Origin: Candidatus Bathyarchaeota archaeon
GTDB taxonomy: Archaea; Thermoproteota; Bathyarchaeia; Bathyarchaeales; Bathycorpusculaceae
Assembly (NCBI GenBank): GCA_963707955.1
Contig: OY970176.1
Location: forward strand, 1,984,001 to 2,048,000
Direction of reading: 5' to 3'
Length of the DNA: 64,000 bases
Shown here piece after piece: positions 11,919 through 23,558 of the stretch (position 1 is its first letter; the number at the start of each line of letters is the position of its first letter). A program made the position numbers and the translations under genes. The notes beneath the pieces are model-generated. The model searched no databases, was not told the DNA's origin, and was given only the letters and a program-made list of their open reading frames with translations.

Positions 11919-12182
11919 TCGTAGCCGTTGCCGGGGAAAGACTATCGTTTCCTCCTGCGTCTGCTTAGAGGTTTCATGCTTTTAGGTGCTTTTCGTCTGC
12001 AGCCAGCAGGCCGCTACTGAATTCAATGTTTGATTGTTATGAGGCTGAACGCGGTCTTGTGCTGTGGTTTGTGCGTGCGTGCAACGGTGGTACGCCCCTC
12101 TATACGAGCCTACTTTGCCTCTATTCGTTTCAAAACATTGTCTGTTTTTGAATTTTTCTCTTTTTTTTCCCTTTTTCTGGGA

Positions 12183-12200
12183 TGGAAAACCTTTTAAATC
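12183..12200 (+). promoter_or_regulatory. BRE/TATA promoter of the S-layer-like gene
   Basis: GGAAAACCTTTTAAAT about 45 nt upstream of the ATG, preceded by a T-tract. Confidence 0.55.
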
Positions 12201-12240
12201 GAATGGTTACAAACTATAGAAAGAACAATTTAGATGAGGA

Positions 12241-15200
12241 ATGAAAATGCAAAAAAAGAAAGTACTAATTGCAACGATAGTAACTATAACGATATTTCTA
12301 TCAATGTTCAGCGCAATAAGCCTAACGAGAGGAGTTAACCAACCCTCCTCTTTCTACACAGTTGCCAATGGCAATCTCAACACTGACACATACTCGCTGT
12401 ATCCGTTTGAAGCAAACAACGTAAGCTTTGGCTTCTCACAATATGGTGAACTAATCGGCATTGCACCAGGTGCAAACCAAGCAGTACAAGCAAACTGGGT
12501 CGGCATGAGCTACAATGGTCGCGACCCATTCGCTCCGAACACTACCACGATTCCACAGAATCAATGGATCAACGGCTGGTTCCTTTACATCAGCTACATC
12601 GACCCCAATGAGCCAGTTCAGGACAGGAACCTGTGGGCATTCGCACTGTTTTCTGACGGTCACGTAGCCGGCGGAGACTGGGTAATCAACGTTACTGGTT
12701 CTCCGACTAGCACGCCTTACGGTGGCAGGAAAACCAACGGCATGGTCATCACAGACCCGCTGACTGTGCTCTACAACGGTCCAAGAGAGTACATAGCTCA
12801 GGCAACGAACCACATCTATGACAACGATGGCACGTACACGTGGCCAGTTGTCGATCTGATCATAACCATGATTTTCGACAAAGTTTCCAAAGAAGTGATT
12901 CTGTACAAGGATGTGAAGACCACAATAGACAAATTGAACTTATGGGGCAAGCTTGACGTGCAACTGAGCGACCGTGAAGAATACGACATGGGATCAGCAT
13001 CATCAGACAACGCGTATTCTAGCTACGCCCACTTCTACGAAGAAGCCGGATGGACGAGCATGACTCCAAGCTGGTCAATCGCACAGAACCTGACCGCAGA
13101 CAACATCGAGCACCAAGTAGGGTCAACCGGCACAGTAAACCTGGACGGCTCAGAGACCTTCACACTGAATCCACCAAACGGATATCCAGTGTCTGAGGAT
13201 TACATGAAAGTGTACGTGAACGGCGTTTTCCAAGTCCCAAGTCTGTACACAGTAAGCTATGGACCCACGACATACGTGACGCTTATCACGGCTCCATCAT
13301 CAAGCTCCATTGTGCAGTTCAATTACAAGTACGTGTTCAAAAGCACCACGCAAGTGCTTGATGGGGTAAGCGCGGCGACGAGCACGGTTTCGACAGCAAG
13401 TGATCCATCACTTCCATCATGGGCGAACGAATACGATTATGCACAGGTGATATCGTCCGACAATCAGTACGTGGCTTGGGCTGCCTTTTGGCCACCGACA
13501 TCTTCGCAGACGGTTGACGGCATCGAAAACTTCTTGCAGCCGCTCTATAACGTGCATACAGACACCTTGAGCAGCGCGCCGAAGCGGTCTCCACTCATAA
13601 TAGGCCAATGGGACGTTGCGATGGATCCCTCAACATTCCCGATGTTCAGAGCAGTTGAAGTAAAAGGCATATGCAACGACCACAATGCACAAGATCCTCA
13701 AGAAACCCTCTCGACATACCGTGGGACGCAACTTGACATTGAAGCCCAGTACCAGCTTGACTCAGTCTTCGCACCGTACAACCTGCGTGAAGCCATAACG
13801 GAGAACCTTAACACTTGGGTAGACTACTATACGGTGACAGCAAACGACATACTGAGAGGATATCTCTACGTCGACCTGTCTCATTCGCCAGTTCACTACG
13901 TATATCCTTGGGAAACTTATGACAGCCAGTCTGAAAGAGTGCTCGTAAACGGTGTGCTACAGTATCCATCGCGAAGTGTTGCAGCCAATGAACTGGATAC
14001 GTCACCGACGTACCAGACACCTACATATGAACTCTACACAGAAGACGGTGTAGGCTACATATACTTCCCCGACAGCACAATCTTCACCAAGGGAGACGTG
14101 ATAAAGGTCATCTACGCGACAGAAACGTGCAACTATGAGTCTGGCTTCAGTGTAACTTCGAATACGTTGACTCCTGGTGGTGAAAACTCCAGCTTCGACT
14201 TCGGTAGCAACACATATTGGCCAATTGACGCTTGGAGTCTGGGTGGACTACTTGAATGTCCAACACGACATAACCATCAAAGAGTTTGACGGTTCCATCA
14301 CACCACCCGATAGCACACCAACCGGAAACACGACGTGGACATACTACAAACTGATGGACTGGGAGGCAAAGGACTTTACAGTGTTCAAGGAAGACACTAC
14401 GAGCCTTGAGATAAGCGCTTATGACTTCTCGGCGGACACCGTGGAAGCAAATGGAACTGTACCTGGATACGACATGACGATTCAACTGCAGGACTTTAGA
14501 ATAAAATGGCAAATAACCGGTCCAGAAGGCACTTGGTTCAATGACCTTTTAGATGTCATGGTCTCTAAGTGGGACTTCAACGTATACATCTACGTATACG
14601 TGAACTATGTAGTACCACCTACTGGAAGCCCCTACTACACTACAACCGCAACACTTTCGTTTGAGCCAAAGTATGGTAGTACTCTGTACAAGGAAGAGAT
14701 ACCTGGAAGCTACACGTGGGGCATCGTCGGTTCTAATGCGAAGTCCGTCGACTCTGCAGGCCTGTCAATGATCAGCGCTGCTTTGAAGGATAAAGAAGTA
14801 GAGTACGGTGTAGCAGGCGCGGACATCAACGCTACGGATCCCACTTTACAGATGCCATATGTATTCAGCAAGATGAGCACCGGCACAAGCACACTATGGA
14901 GTCCCTACTACTACAGCACGACCGATCTAAGAACAGGACTCCGAGACGACTGGGACCCGGCGGGCACTGACACGCAGATCTCAAGGGCCAACTTAGTCGG
15001 CTCAGGCGGTCCGCTCGTGAACATGCTCGCGTACTACGGCAACGACTTTACATCAGCCTTCTACGGTATAAGCCAGTTCACACCATACGGACCTTGGAAT
15101 GGCGCCATAGTTGCACTATCATGCTGGAGCGACTACGACAAAGCGTTCTTCACTAGTGCCTCAGTTGGCTACGCAGTGATTTCAACCTTCGAAGACCTCA

Positions 15201-15487
15201 ACGGAACAACGGGACTTTTGGTTTACGGCGTCTGGGGACGAGACACATACTACGCGGCTAGCTACTTCTACCAGGACCTCATACAGGAATTCCAGAGCTT
15301 CCCATGGGGCGCAACGAGCATCGTACTACAGATCACGTACAACACTACGACACTTAAGCCGAAAGCGTTCAGCGTCGTCGAAGTGCTGGGCACGATAAGC
15401 GAAACAGGAATCGACAGCACATGTTGGCCACCATACGTTTGGGGCGTTAGTACTCCAATAAAAGGCGGAATACACCCCGACCCATAA
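12241..15487 (+). CDS. Probable S-layer / major surface glycoprotein (~1080 aa); frameshift at ~14238
   Basis: Signal peptide; C-terminal IVGSNAKSVDSAG and NLVGSGGPLVNMLA resemble the archaeal S-layer C-terminal domain; removing T14238 fuses the two ORFs (IDAWSWVDYLNVQ); strong promoter and T-rich terminator. Confidence 0.7.
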
Positions 15488-15493
15488 ACAAAA

Positions 15494-15520
15494 CTCCTCT
15501 TTTTTTCTTTTGTTTTTCTA
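15494..15520 (+). terminator. Oligo-T archaeal terminator
   Basis: CTCCTCTTTTTTTCTTTTGTTTTTCT directly after the stop codon. Confidence 0.65.
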
Positions 15521-15876
15521 AGCACCAATATTCACCGCGCAAGGCATAAGCGTCTATTTCCAAGTACGGTTTTCGAATGCCAAAGTTGACCGCGCTCCCT
15601 GAACGATGCTTCATTTGTGCTGAGTATTCATCGTAGCCATCGAAGACAAAGAGGAGCGTGCGCGAAATGTGTGCCGACTATAAGGAAGCCCTTTTTCTTT
15701 TTTTGAATAACAGAATTGGTGAAGTCAGGGGGAAAGTCTGCCCAGCTTGTTTTGTGAGGATAACCAGCAAAGCTTATCGCGGTGCCTGCTCCTTCTTGCC
15801 CGTTTTGCGCGGAAATAGTGTTCTCACAAGTGTTTTATGCAAGCAGAGCGGCGTCTAACTGTAGTGATGTGCGTCT

Positions 15877-16722
15877 ATGAGAATTTCAATCGTAATGCCG
15901 ACCTTCAATCGTTGCTTCACACTGCCTCGGGCAGTAGACTCCATAAAGTCTCAGACGCACAAGGATTGGGAGCTCATAATCGTGGATGATGGGTCAACGG
16001 ATGAAACAGGGAAGGTGATTCAGAAGTATTTGAGTGAGAATATTCGGTGCGTGAAAACGTCGCATCTTGGAACACCACGTGCTTGGAACCTCGGCGTTAA
16101 CGAATCGGAACAAGATTATGCGTTGCTGATGGGAGACGATGTCGTACTGGAACCAGTTTGCGTCCACACCCTAGCCAAGACAGTGGAGACGGTTAACAAA
16201 CAAATGCTAGGAGCTATCGCTCCGCGCCTCATATATACGAGAGACCCAGCCAATCCGACATCGGGAAAGGCTTTCAGAAGGTATGCTTCGCTGCAAGCAA
16301 GCACAGGAGACATAGCTGGCTCTTTCAACGTTGAAGCCCAAGCCTTAATGGAGGTGCCCATCCTACATGGGTACTCAATGGTGGCAAGAGAAGCCTTCCT
16401 TGACATAGGAGGATTCGATGAGAAAACGTACAGTGGCAACTATTATCGTGAAGAGACTGATCTCTGGCTACGATTCAGGAAAAAGGGCTACAGATTGTAT
16501 TATGAGCCTAGAGCCAGAATCTACTGCCAGAAAAGTCTAACGCGTGGAGGACAATGGTCAAACGTGCATGGAAAACTGCTTGTCTACGAATATTACGTGT
16601 TTCGCAATCACAACAACTTCCTGAAGAAGTTCTACGGTGGAAAGAGGCTTTTTATGCTTCCAACGTTCATGCTTCGAAGGTTGCACACGAGGTTGATGGA
16701 AATCCGTGACAGCAAAAGTTAG
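15877..16722 (+). CDS. GT2 family glycosyltransferase
   Basis: ISIVMPTFNR, LIIVDDGSTD, IGGFDE, EETDL motifs. Confidence 0.92.
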   Translation: MRISIVMPTFNRCFTLPRAVDSIKSQTHKDWELIIVDDGSTDETGKVIQKYLSENIRCVKTSHLGTPRAWNLGVNESEQDYALLMGDDVVLEPVCVHTLAKTVETVNKQMLGAIAPRLIYTRDPANPTSGKAFRRYASLQASTGDIAGSFNVEAQALMEVPILHGYSMVAREAFLDIGGFDEKTYSGNYYREETDLWLRFRKKGYRLYYEPRARIYCQKSLTRGGQWSNVHGKLLVYEYYVFRNHNNFLKKFYGGKRLFMLPTFMLRRLHTRLMEIRDSKS

Positions 16723-18136
16723 CGGCTGGAATGTTCCAGCAAGCGTGGCACGCGTGCTCAAGGAGTGGACTAGCAGACTCGCGCGGTTGGGGAAAAACCT
16801 GCGTCAGCCAAGAATTCTCTTGCCGTTTATTGTGGGAGCGGCGATACGCTTTGCCTTCGCTCCCTTTACGGAGCAAAGGTGGGACATGTACACTTGGAGG
16901 ATAGAGCAAGTACTCGTCTACAATTATCATGTTAACCCTTTCTGGCCCCAATCTGGAGTTCCTCTTCAACTTGCTTGGTCATATCCTCCCCTGTGGCTTC
17001 TAACACTCTTAGCACTCTATCCTGTCTACTCACGTTTCTACTCTCCTCAATTACCCGTCAACATCTCTGTTTTGTGGCAAAAATGGGCACAGACGGGCAA
17101 CGTCTTTGAAATCTACCGCTCATTTGTCCCAGTCGGACTTCCCATATTAGATTTGATTGACAAGACACCTATCGTAGTGGCTGACCTTCTGATCGCCTTG
17201 GTCTTGTATGAACTTATCAAGCGAGATTCACCAAAGCATGCCTACTATGCTCTTATTGCATGGCTCTTCAATCCCTACGTCATCTGGATATCATCCGTAT
17301 GGGGCATGTTTGACGCAATCCCAGCGCTTCTCATGCTATTATCGGTCTATCTCTTGATAGCGAGAAGATACAAGTCCTCCGCCATACTCTTGGTAGCCTC
17401 TGCGCTGTTCAAGTTATACGCGATCGTACTCATCCCAATCATGTCTCTTATCATCTACAAGAGAGGGGAAAAAGCCAAGGCACTGAGATATTTCCTATTT
17501 TCAACGCTTGTCGTCCTGATAGCAACATTCATGGCCTATGCGATCGCAGTTTCCCTCGCCGGGCAAAATCCACTGTCCCTAGCAGTTCAGCTATCAGTGA
17601 ACCTATTCTACAAGCGAGCCTCTCCCGATATGCTAGGCCAGAACCTCTTTCAAAACCTCACACCGCTCACGTTCCTCAATCAAGTATTTGCGGATCTACA
17701 CGTGAGCACGAACATTCCAATTTCGCCTATCTTGATGAGCACCGCTGTGATCCTTCTTGGTTTCCAGATTCTCAGAAGCAAATCGTTGCAGGACCAAGAG
17801 ATCATAGCGTATGTGGTCATTGCACACTTTATCACTTACCTTACTTACAGCGTCGTCAATGAGCAATACCTAGTATGGGTTCTGCCGCTAATCCTGGTCC
17901 TAGCCGCGAAAAAGAACAGCGTGAACCTCAGACACTTCTACTGGGCGATAAGTGGATTCTTCATCTTGGACATCTTGTATCGTTATGATCTTTCGTATTT
18001 CATATCTCCCTATATTTCTCCGATGCCCCCTGAAATCAGAATTCCAGTGTATCTTCTGATTGAGCCTTTAATAGTTATCACTGTCTACGCAATTGGAATC
18101 AAACTCGCCACAGGGAAATCGAACAAAAAGCAATAG
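16706..18136 (+). CDS. Polytopic GT-C glycosyltransferase (GT87/PIG-M-like)
   Basis: YPPLW, KTPIVVADL, LFNPYVIWISSVWGMFDAIP, QYLVWVLP motifs; about 11 TM segments. Confidence 0.8.
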   Translation: MTAKVSGWNVPASVARVLKEWTSRLARLGKNLRQPRILLPFIVGAAIRFAFAPFTEQRWDMYTWRIEQVLVYNYHVNPFWPQSGVPLQLAWSYPPLWLLTLLALYPVYSRFYSPQLPVNISVLWQKWAQTGNVFEIYRSFVPVGLPILDLIDKTPIVVADLLIALVLYELIKRDSPKHAYYALIAWLFNPYVIWISSVWGMFDAIPALLMLLSVYLLIARRYKSSAILLVASALFKLYAIVLIPIMSLIIYKRGEKAKALRYFLFSTLVVLIATFMAYAIAVSLAGQNPLSLAVQLSVNLFYKRASPDMLGQNLFQNLTPLTFLNQVFADLHVSTNIPISPILMSTAVILLGFQILRSKSLQDQEIIAYVVIAHFITYLTYSVVNEQYLVWVLPLILVLAAKKNSVNLRHFYWAISGFFILDILYRYDLSYFISPYISPMPPEIRIPVYLLIEPLIVITVYAIGIKLATGKSNKKQ

Positions 18137-18415
18137 TAATTGCTTGGAAGGATTTCTAACATGTCCGGTTAGGTCACAACTCTCCTCGATTTGTTCAGGA
18201 CTACATATGGAAGGGATAGAAAAGTTGCAAAGAACGTTGTTCAACATTCTTCGGGAGAGGCTGCGGGAAAATAATAGAGGGGCCAACAATGCATGAAAAT
18301 TCGTTTAGAATTTTCTGGTCCCTCGTATTCGCTTCAATCTTGGATATCTGTCTTTTAGCGCGCGCCCTATTCTGGAAAGAGCGCGCTGGGAAGTTGACAC
18401 TGGGTTGAAATCCGT

Positions 18416-19390
18416 CTAAAACTTCTTAGTTCCTCGAATTTGTTTCCATTTTAAGTATGCGTCTTTCCTTCTAAAATTCATTGTTGCAAGAATCTGAGCT
18501 AAGAATTCTAAGAAAAGACCCGTAGAGATCTTGGGATAGTCTCGAACCCTTTGAGTTTCCATTTCTTCTGCAAGCAGTTTCAACACGAAGAGTGGTTGCC
18601 TGAATGCCGCAGCCCCTATTGTCGTCGGTTCAACATTAGTTATTTCCTTGATTTGTTTGTGACCTATTACTATCCTCACTCTTTGCTGAATATACTCTAG
18701 TGGGGTGGCTGGGCCCCTAATTGACACAACCGCTTCGGGAACGAAAGATATTTGCCAACCTTTTTTCTTCAAGGTTACACCGAGGTAAGCATCATCGTTT
18801 ATTACGCCGTTCGGTATGTACGAGACAATCCCTTTCCTAAGTGCCCACATGTCTCCTCCCAAATGGTTTAAAGCCTTTCTTCCAGATTCTTTCTGCAAGA
18901 CCCTATTGTGCATCCTCCATAGGAACCAATAGCAAAACTCCATGACATCCTTGTTCTCGTTAATTGGGAGAGTCTTGGCACACGCTCCTCCCACGCGTGA
19001 TTTGACCGATTCTACCAGCTTTGCTACTGATCCTTGCGCAGGTTTTGTGTCAGCAGAGATGATTACCAGAATATCACCGTGTGCATTTGGGAAGAAAATG
19101 TTCAATGCTTGGGCTTTTCCATTCCTTTCTCTTTCTGTAATAAGTCTTATCCGTCGATCTTTCCTTGATATCTCTTCAACAATCTTGTTGGTCCTGTCTG
19201 TGGATCCAGAGGACACAACGATCACTTCTTCTAATGCAAATTCTTTTGAAAGGTGTTGTCCTATTAGGTTTTCAAGCAGTTTACCTATGTTATTCTCTTC
19301 GTTGTATGCACAAACGCCGATACTAACCTTTAAAGGCGCGAGTTCGAGAGGGATTTCCTGTACGTCTGGGGCTGTCATGACCGTCTGCAA
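18416..19390 (-). CDS. GT2 family glycosyltransferase
   Basis: VSIGVCAYNEE, SGSTD, GKAQALN, ISAD, INDD, QRVR motifs. Confidence 0.9.
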   Translation of the reverse strand: MQTVMTAPDVQEIPLELAPLKVSIGVCAYNEENNIGKLLENLIGQHLSKEFALEEVIVVSSGSTDRTNKIVEEISRKDRRIRLITERERNGKAQALNIFFPNAHGDILVIISADTKPAQGSVAKLVESVKSRVGGACAKTLPINENKDVMEFCYWFLWRMHNRVLQKESGRKALNHLGGDMWALRKGIVSYIPNGVINDDAYLGVTLKKKGWQISFVPEAVVSIRGPATPLEYIQQRVRIVIGHKQIKEITNVEPTTIGAAAFRQPLFVLKLLAEEMETQRVRDYPKISTGLFLEFLAQILATMNFRRKDAYLKWKQIRGTKKF

Positions 19391-19589
19391 ATGTTATACC
19401 TACCAAATTTACAACAGCAACGCAAAGGAAAGATCAGCGTCGATATCTCCTGACGAGATGACTTTCTGTCATGATCAGCATAAAAAGGTTTTTGGCATTG
19501 CCAATGGATTTGGTCAGCGTTTCCACCTCAGCTATTTTACACACTCGTTTTGTCGTCGTTAATGATTACACTAACCTTTTCCAGCGCGT

Positions 19590-19640
19590 CATGAGATGGG
19601 TCATAAGCTTCCTGCAGACAAAAACGAGATAGACGGTGTG
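19590..19640 (+). pseudogene. Fragment of a site-2 protease gene copy
   Basis: 19590-19609 is identical to 20250-20269; translates HEMGHKLPADKNEID versus HEMGHKLTANRNGVE in the intact gene. Confidence 0.6.
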
Positions 19641-19814
19641 CCACCTTGCCTTGTCCCCAGGGTGTCGCCGATGCGTCAGGTCCTAGCGCGCGCTCGGCAA
19701 AACAGGCAAAATCGCTGAGGGAATAGCCTGCGCAAGAGTGAGAGAATGGTTCCAATAGACTTTTCTATTCCCTGAACACTCTAATACGCCAATGCGTCAA
19801 AGGGCAGGAACCTA

Positions 19815-20900
19815 ATGGCTGAAACACCCGGCGAAGTAGCTCAAGCACCTCTCATTCAGCAAACGGACTTTGAGAAAATAACCCAGCTAGTTTCTGCACA
19901 TTTCGAGGCTGAAGAGTCTCTGCTGGAGCACGGCGTTCCAACGTACTACTTGAAACAGCCCCAGGAAACGAAGCAGGCCTTTCTCAAGCTTCTGAAAAAC
20001 TTGGAGTCAATGAACCTGATTGCGCTCCTGCGCAAGGTTGATGGGAAGGTGGTCTTGAAAGTTGGTCCAAAGCAGCCTGTGAAGAAGAGCAACATACTCG
20101 TGAACTGGGCGCTGTTTTTCGCCACGATAGGCACGACGTTCGCTACAGGCTACTTGCTTTCAGCCGACCTTGTTGGTACGGGAATGATGCCCAGCCCACT
20201 GATAGGAGGCGTAGCATTCACAGTGGCCATTATGGCAATACTTGGGACCCATGAGATGGGTCATAAGCTCACGGCTAACAGAAACGGCGTAGAAGCAACG
20301 CCGCCCTATTTTATTCCAGGTCCACCTCCAATAGGGGACCTCTTGGGCATCGGCACTTTTGGTGCGGTAATCATGCAGAAGTCTCTTCCACCTAACAGAG
20401 ACGCCCTGTTCGACGTGGGGTCCAGTGGCCCAATCGTCGGGTTCATAGTGGCCGTGATAGCAACCATCGTTGGGCTAATGCTCTCTCCAATTCGTCCGAT
20501 CACAGGCAGCGAGAGTTTCCTTCCATCACCCCTAATCTTCGACCTGTTTGCCACTTTTCTCATAAAACTTCCAGCAAATCATTATATTCTACTGCACCCC
20601 GTTGCCTTCGCTGGGTGGGCCGGCATGCTCGTCACCATGCTCAACCTGTTGCCCGCTGGACAGCTCGACGGCGGCCACGTAGCCACGTCTGTGCTCGGCG
20701 GAAAAGCGCGAACGGTCTTGACTGTTCTGTCCATTCTGTTGCTGGTGATCGAAGGATTCTGGCCGATGGCTTTCTTTGTGGTCTTACTCTCGATGTATAG
20801 GCATCCTGGGCCCCTAGACGATGTTTCTGGCTTGTCAAACGGGAGGAAGCTGTTGGCAATCGGGCTGGTGGCAATTTTCATTCTCTGTTCTTTAATCTAA
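19815..20900 (+). CDS. Site-2 protease (M50 family)
   Basis: HEMGH in TM helix; NLLPAGQLDGGH. Confidence 0.95.
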   Translation: MAETPGEVAQAPLIQQTDFEKITQLVSAHFEAEESLLEHGVPTYYLKQPQETKQAFLKLLKNLESMNLIALLRKVDGKVVLKVGPKQPVKKSNILVNWALFFATIGTTFATGYLLSADLVGTGMMPSPLIGGVAFTVAIMAILGTHEMGHKLTANRNGVEATPPYFIPGPPPIGDLLGIGTFGAVIMQKSLPPNRDALFDVGSSGPIVGFIVAVIATIVGLMLSPIRPITGSESFLPSPLIFDLFATFLIKLPANHYILLHPVAFAGWAGMLVTMLNLLPAGQLDGGHVATSVLGGKARTVLTVLSILLLVIEGFWPMAFFVVLLSMYRHPGPLDDVSGLSNGRKLLAIGLVAIFILCSLI

Positions 20901-21089
20901 TACTACGTGCTATACTTACTGAATCTTCTTGGTCTTTAGGACTCGCAAGCCCCTGGTGTATTTCTGCTCTACGACCATACGGCAAGGTTTATTAAATATT
21001 GCGATACTAGACACTGTTAGACAACAGTCGATTAGAAGACGAGTCAAAAATCAAGAGCGGGGCGATCACCAACGAAGGGAACGATCCTG

Positions 21090-21293
21090 ATGGTCTTCTT
21101 CATATTGTTTACAGCTGCGTCTCTGCTGATTCCCTCGCCGATGTTTCCAGGAAATGTCCTCTGCACTCTGATCGGAGCATCTGTCATCCAGTACACTGCT
21201 ATCGTGAGCGCGCTTTTCAACGGGGTTCTTTACAGCGTTGCGCTGTGGCTCATCTTCATCGCTGTGAGTCGGAGACTCACACAAGAAAAATAG
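21090..21293 (+). CDS. Small two-TM membrane protein
   Basis: Hydrophobic 67-aa ORF with TATA box (TTTATTAAATA) upstream. Confidence 0.6.
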   Translation: MVFFILFTAASLLIPSPMFPGNVLCTLIGASVIQYTAIVSALFNGVLYSVALWLIFIAVSRRLTQEK

Positions 21294-21315
21294 GTTGACT
21301 GACCGGCCGCCTAAT

Positions 21316-21564
21316 CTAGTTTTGCGGCTGCGGTACAAAGCCTACAAGCTTGATCGTGATTCCGCATTTTTTGCACATCACAACCAATTCTGCAAGCTCG
21401 TCGTTCCTCACCTTGGTATTAACGATCTTATAGTTCTCCTCTGATTCGTCGTCGGGAGATATGATAGACCCGCACTTTGGACATGGAAAAGCCCCGTCCC
21501 CGTCGATCTTCGTCAGGTCAACCGTGTACGCCATGCTTTTCTGAACATCTGCTTTCTTCATCAT
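21316..21564 (-). CDS. Small Zn-ribbon protein
   Basis: CPKCG and CKKCG pairs. Confidence 0.75.
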   Translation of the reverse strand: MMKKADVQKSMAYTVDLTKIDGDGAFPCPKCGSIISPDDESEENYKIVNTKVRNDELAELVVMCKKCGITIKLVGFVPQPQN

Positions 21565-21789
21565 TTTTCAACGCACCTTTCCAATCGGTCTTGATTGTTT
21601 TCCATCGTTGGCCCAGAATATAATTAACTATTATGAATCTCTAATCAGTATTACTCGTAAGTCTCGCATAGTTAATGAAAAGCTTTTCGATGCATAAGGG
21701 GGACGAAACAACCCATAGGGGCTGGGGGATGAGTTCAGTAAAGGTTATGAGTCATAACAAACGAGTAGAAGGCAAAGTCTCTCCCTTAG

Positions 21790-23160
21790 GTGTCTACGTT
21801 GGAGAAGTTCGACGTACTGGTAGTCGGGGCTGGAACAGCAGGGTGCCTGGCCGCGGAAACAGTTGCCCGAGCAGGTCTGAAAGTGTGCCTCATCGAGAGA
21901 AAGGAGAGGGAGGAGGTCGGCGAAAAAATCTGCGGGGACGCCCTTGGAGAGCATCACTTGAAAGCCCTAGGCTTAGAGAAGCCGCAGGGCGGCGAACTTG
22001 AGAAGAGGATCGAGGGCATCAAGATCTATTCTCCAGACATGGACACGACGTTTACGGTTGAACACGAGGACTTCGTTGGCTACTTGCTCAACAGACGACT
22101 CTTCGGGCAGTGGCTGCTCAGGAAGGCAATAGATAAGGGTGCACGCCTTCTGGATTCAACGCAATGCTTGAAGCCGCTGATCGACAGGGATTTCGTGGCC
22201 GGCGTGTTGGTTAAGAACTTGAGAACTGGCGAGGAGACGGAGCTGAGAGGCAAGGTGACTGTTGACGCGAGCGGTTTCGTAGCGGCTGTAAGGAAGAAGC
22301 TGCCTAAGGAGTTGGGCATTCAGAACGAGGTTGCAAACGAGGACGTTGAAGCCTGCTACCGCGAGATCCGCCAGCTCAAGCAGGAGGGCGAAAACACGGA
22401 CTACTGCGAAATCTACCTCAACCAGAAGGCGACTCCGGGAGGCTACGCTTGGATTTTCCCGAAGGGCGGGGCAAGAGTCAACGCGGGCCTAGGGATCTGC
22501 ATGCGCAACAAGTTTCCAAACCCAAAGAACCAGTTCTACAAGCACATTCTCACCAAGCCTGCTTTTGACGGTTCTCTACTTCTAAACGGAGGAGCCTGGT
22601 ACGACCCGACTAGAAGGCCTCTAGATTGTATGGTTGGAAACGGCGTTGTTATCACCGGTGACGCGGCCTGCTTGGTTAACCCGATACACGGCGGTGGAAT
22701 AGGGCCATCGATGTTGAGCGGCCACCTTGCAGGCAAGACCATCATCGAAGCTCTCGAAAAAGAAGACGTCAGCCAAGAATCTCTGTGGCCTTACAGCCTA
22801 AGGTACAACGCGGCGTACGGAGCAAAACAGGCCAGACTGGACGTTTTTCGAATGATGCTCCTGTCCTGTCGCGATGATGACCTGAATTACGGGATGAGGT
22901 ATCACCTCTTGACGGAAGAAGATGTCCTCAAGGCAGGGATGGGCGACGAGTTTCATCTGAACATCACCGAGACCAGCAGGAGAGTCTTCAGAGGATTGAA
23001 GAGAATAAGCTTCTTGAACAAGCTCCGTCTGACGGTCAAGTACATGAATCGGGTCAAAGCCCACTACAAAGAATACCCAGAGACTCCTAAAGACTTTGAA
23101 AAGTGGCGCGTGCAAACAGGAGCCCTGTTCGAAGAGGCTGCCTCCAAAATCATGAAGTAA
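21790..23160 (+). CDS. Geranylgeranyl reductase family (digeranylgeranylglycerophospholipid reductase-like)
   Basis: GAGTAG FAD motif, KICGD, PGGYAWIFPK, GDAA..VNPIHGGGI. Confidence 0.9.
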   Translation: MSTLEKFDVLVVGAGTAGCLAAETVARAGLKVCLIERKEREEVGEKICGDALGEHHLKALGLEKPQGGELEKRIEGIKIYSPDMDTTFTVEHEDFVGYLLNRRLFGQWLLRKAIDKGARLLDSTQCLKPLIDRDFVAGVLVKNLRTGEETELRGKVTVDASGFVAAVRKKLPKELGIQNEVANEDVEACYREIRQLKQEGENTDYCEIYLNQKATPGGYAWIFPKGGARVNAGLGICMRNKFPNPKNQFYKHILTKPAFDGSLLLNGGAWYDPTRRPLDCMVGNGVVITGDAACLVNPIHGGGIGPSMLSGHLAGKTIIEALEKEDVSQESLWPYSLRYNAAYGAKQARLDVFRMMLLSCRDDDLNYGMRYHLLTEEDVLKAGMGDEFHLNITETSRRVFRGLKRISFLNKLRLTVKYMNRVKAHYKEYPETPKDFEKWRVQTGALFEEAASKIMK

Positions 23161-23558
23161 GGAACAGCACAAGGTCTGTCCACCCCTTGACACTCATAAA
23201 AGCTCGGAGGCGGTTTTCAACTCGCGTCGCCACCCAAAACGGAAAGGTCTGGGGTACTGTTAAGTTGTTTGACCCGTTTTTTGAGCGAGAGAAACGCTTT
23301 ATTGCCGCCTGTGTTAGTGTGCATCTCGTCAGTATACCCCATCCGTCACACCACGCATTATAATTCCCGCCAGAGTCTTTTGTAACTCAGCAATCGGGCG
23401 ACGGAATTAACGGATTGACGATTATATCATCCATTATTCCCAAATCAAAATGTTCAGCATGAGGTTATTCATCAGTTTTTCTCCGTTTCGGTGCTGGCTC
23501 GCAAAGATGCTTTAGATAAGAAACAAGAAGAAGCTTAAACCAATCAAGAAATTCAAGA

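Noticed and set aside
14177-14289. Programmed frameshift or two-subunit S-layer
   Set aside because: No slippery site; the single-base repair matches the pattern of the other apparent sequencing indels.
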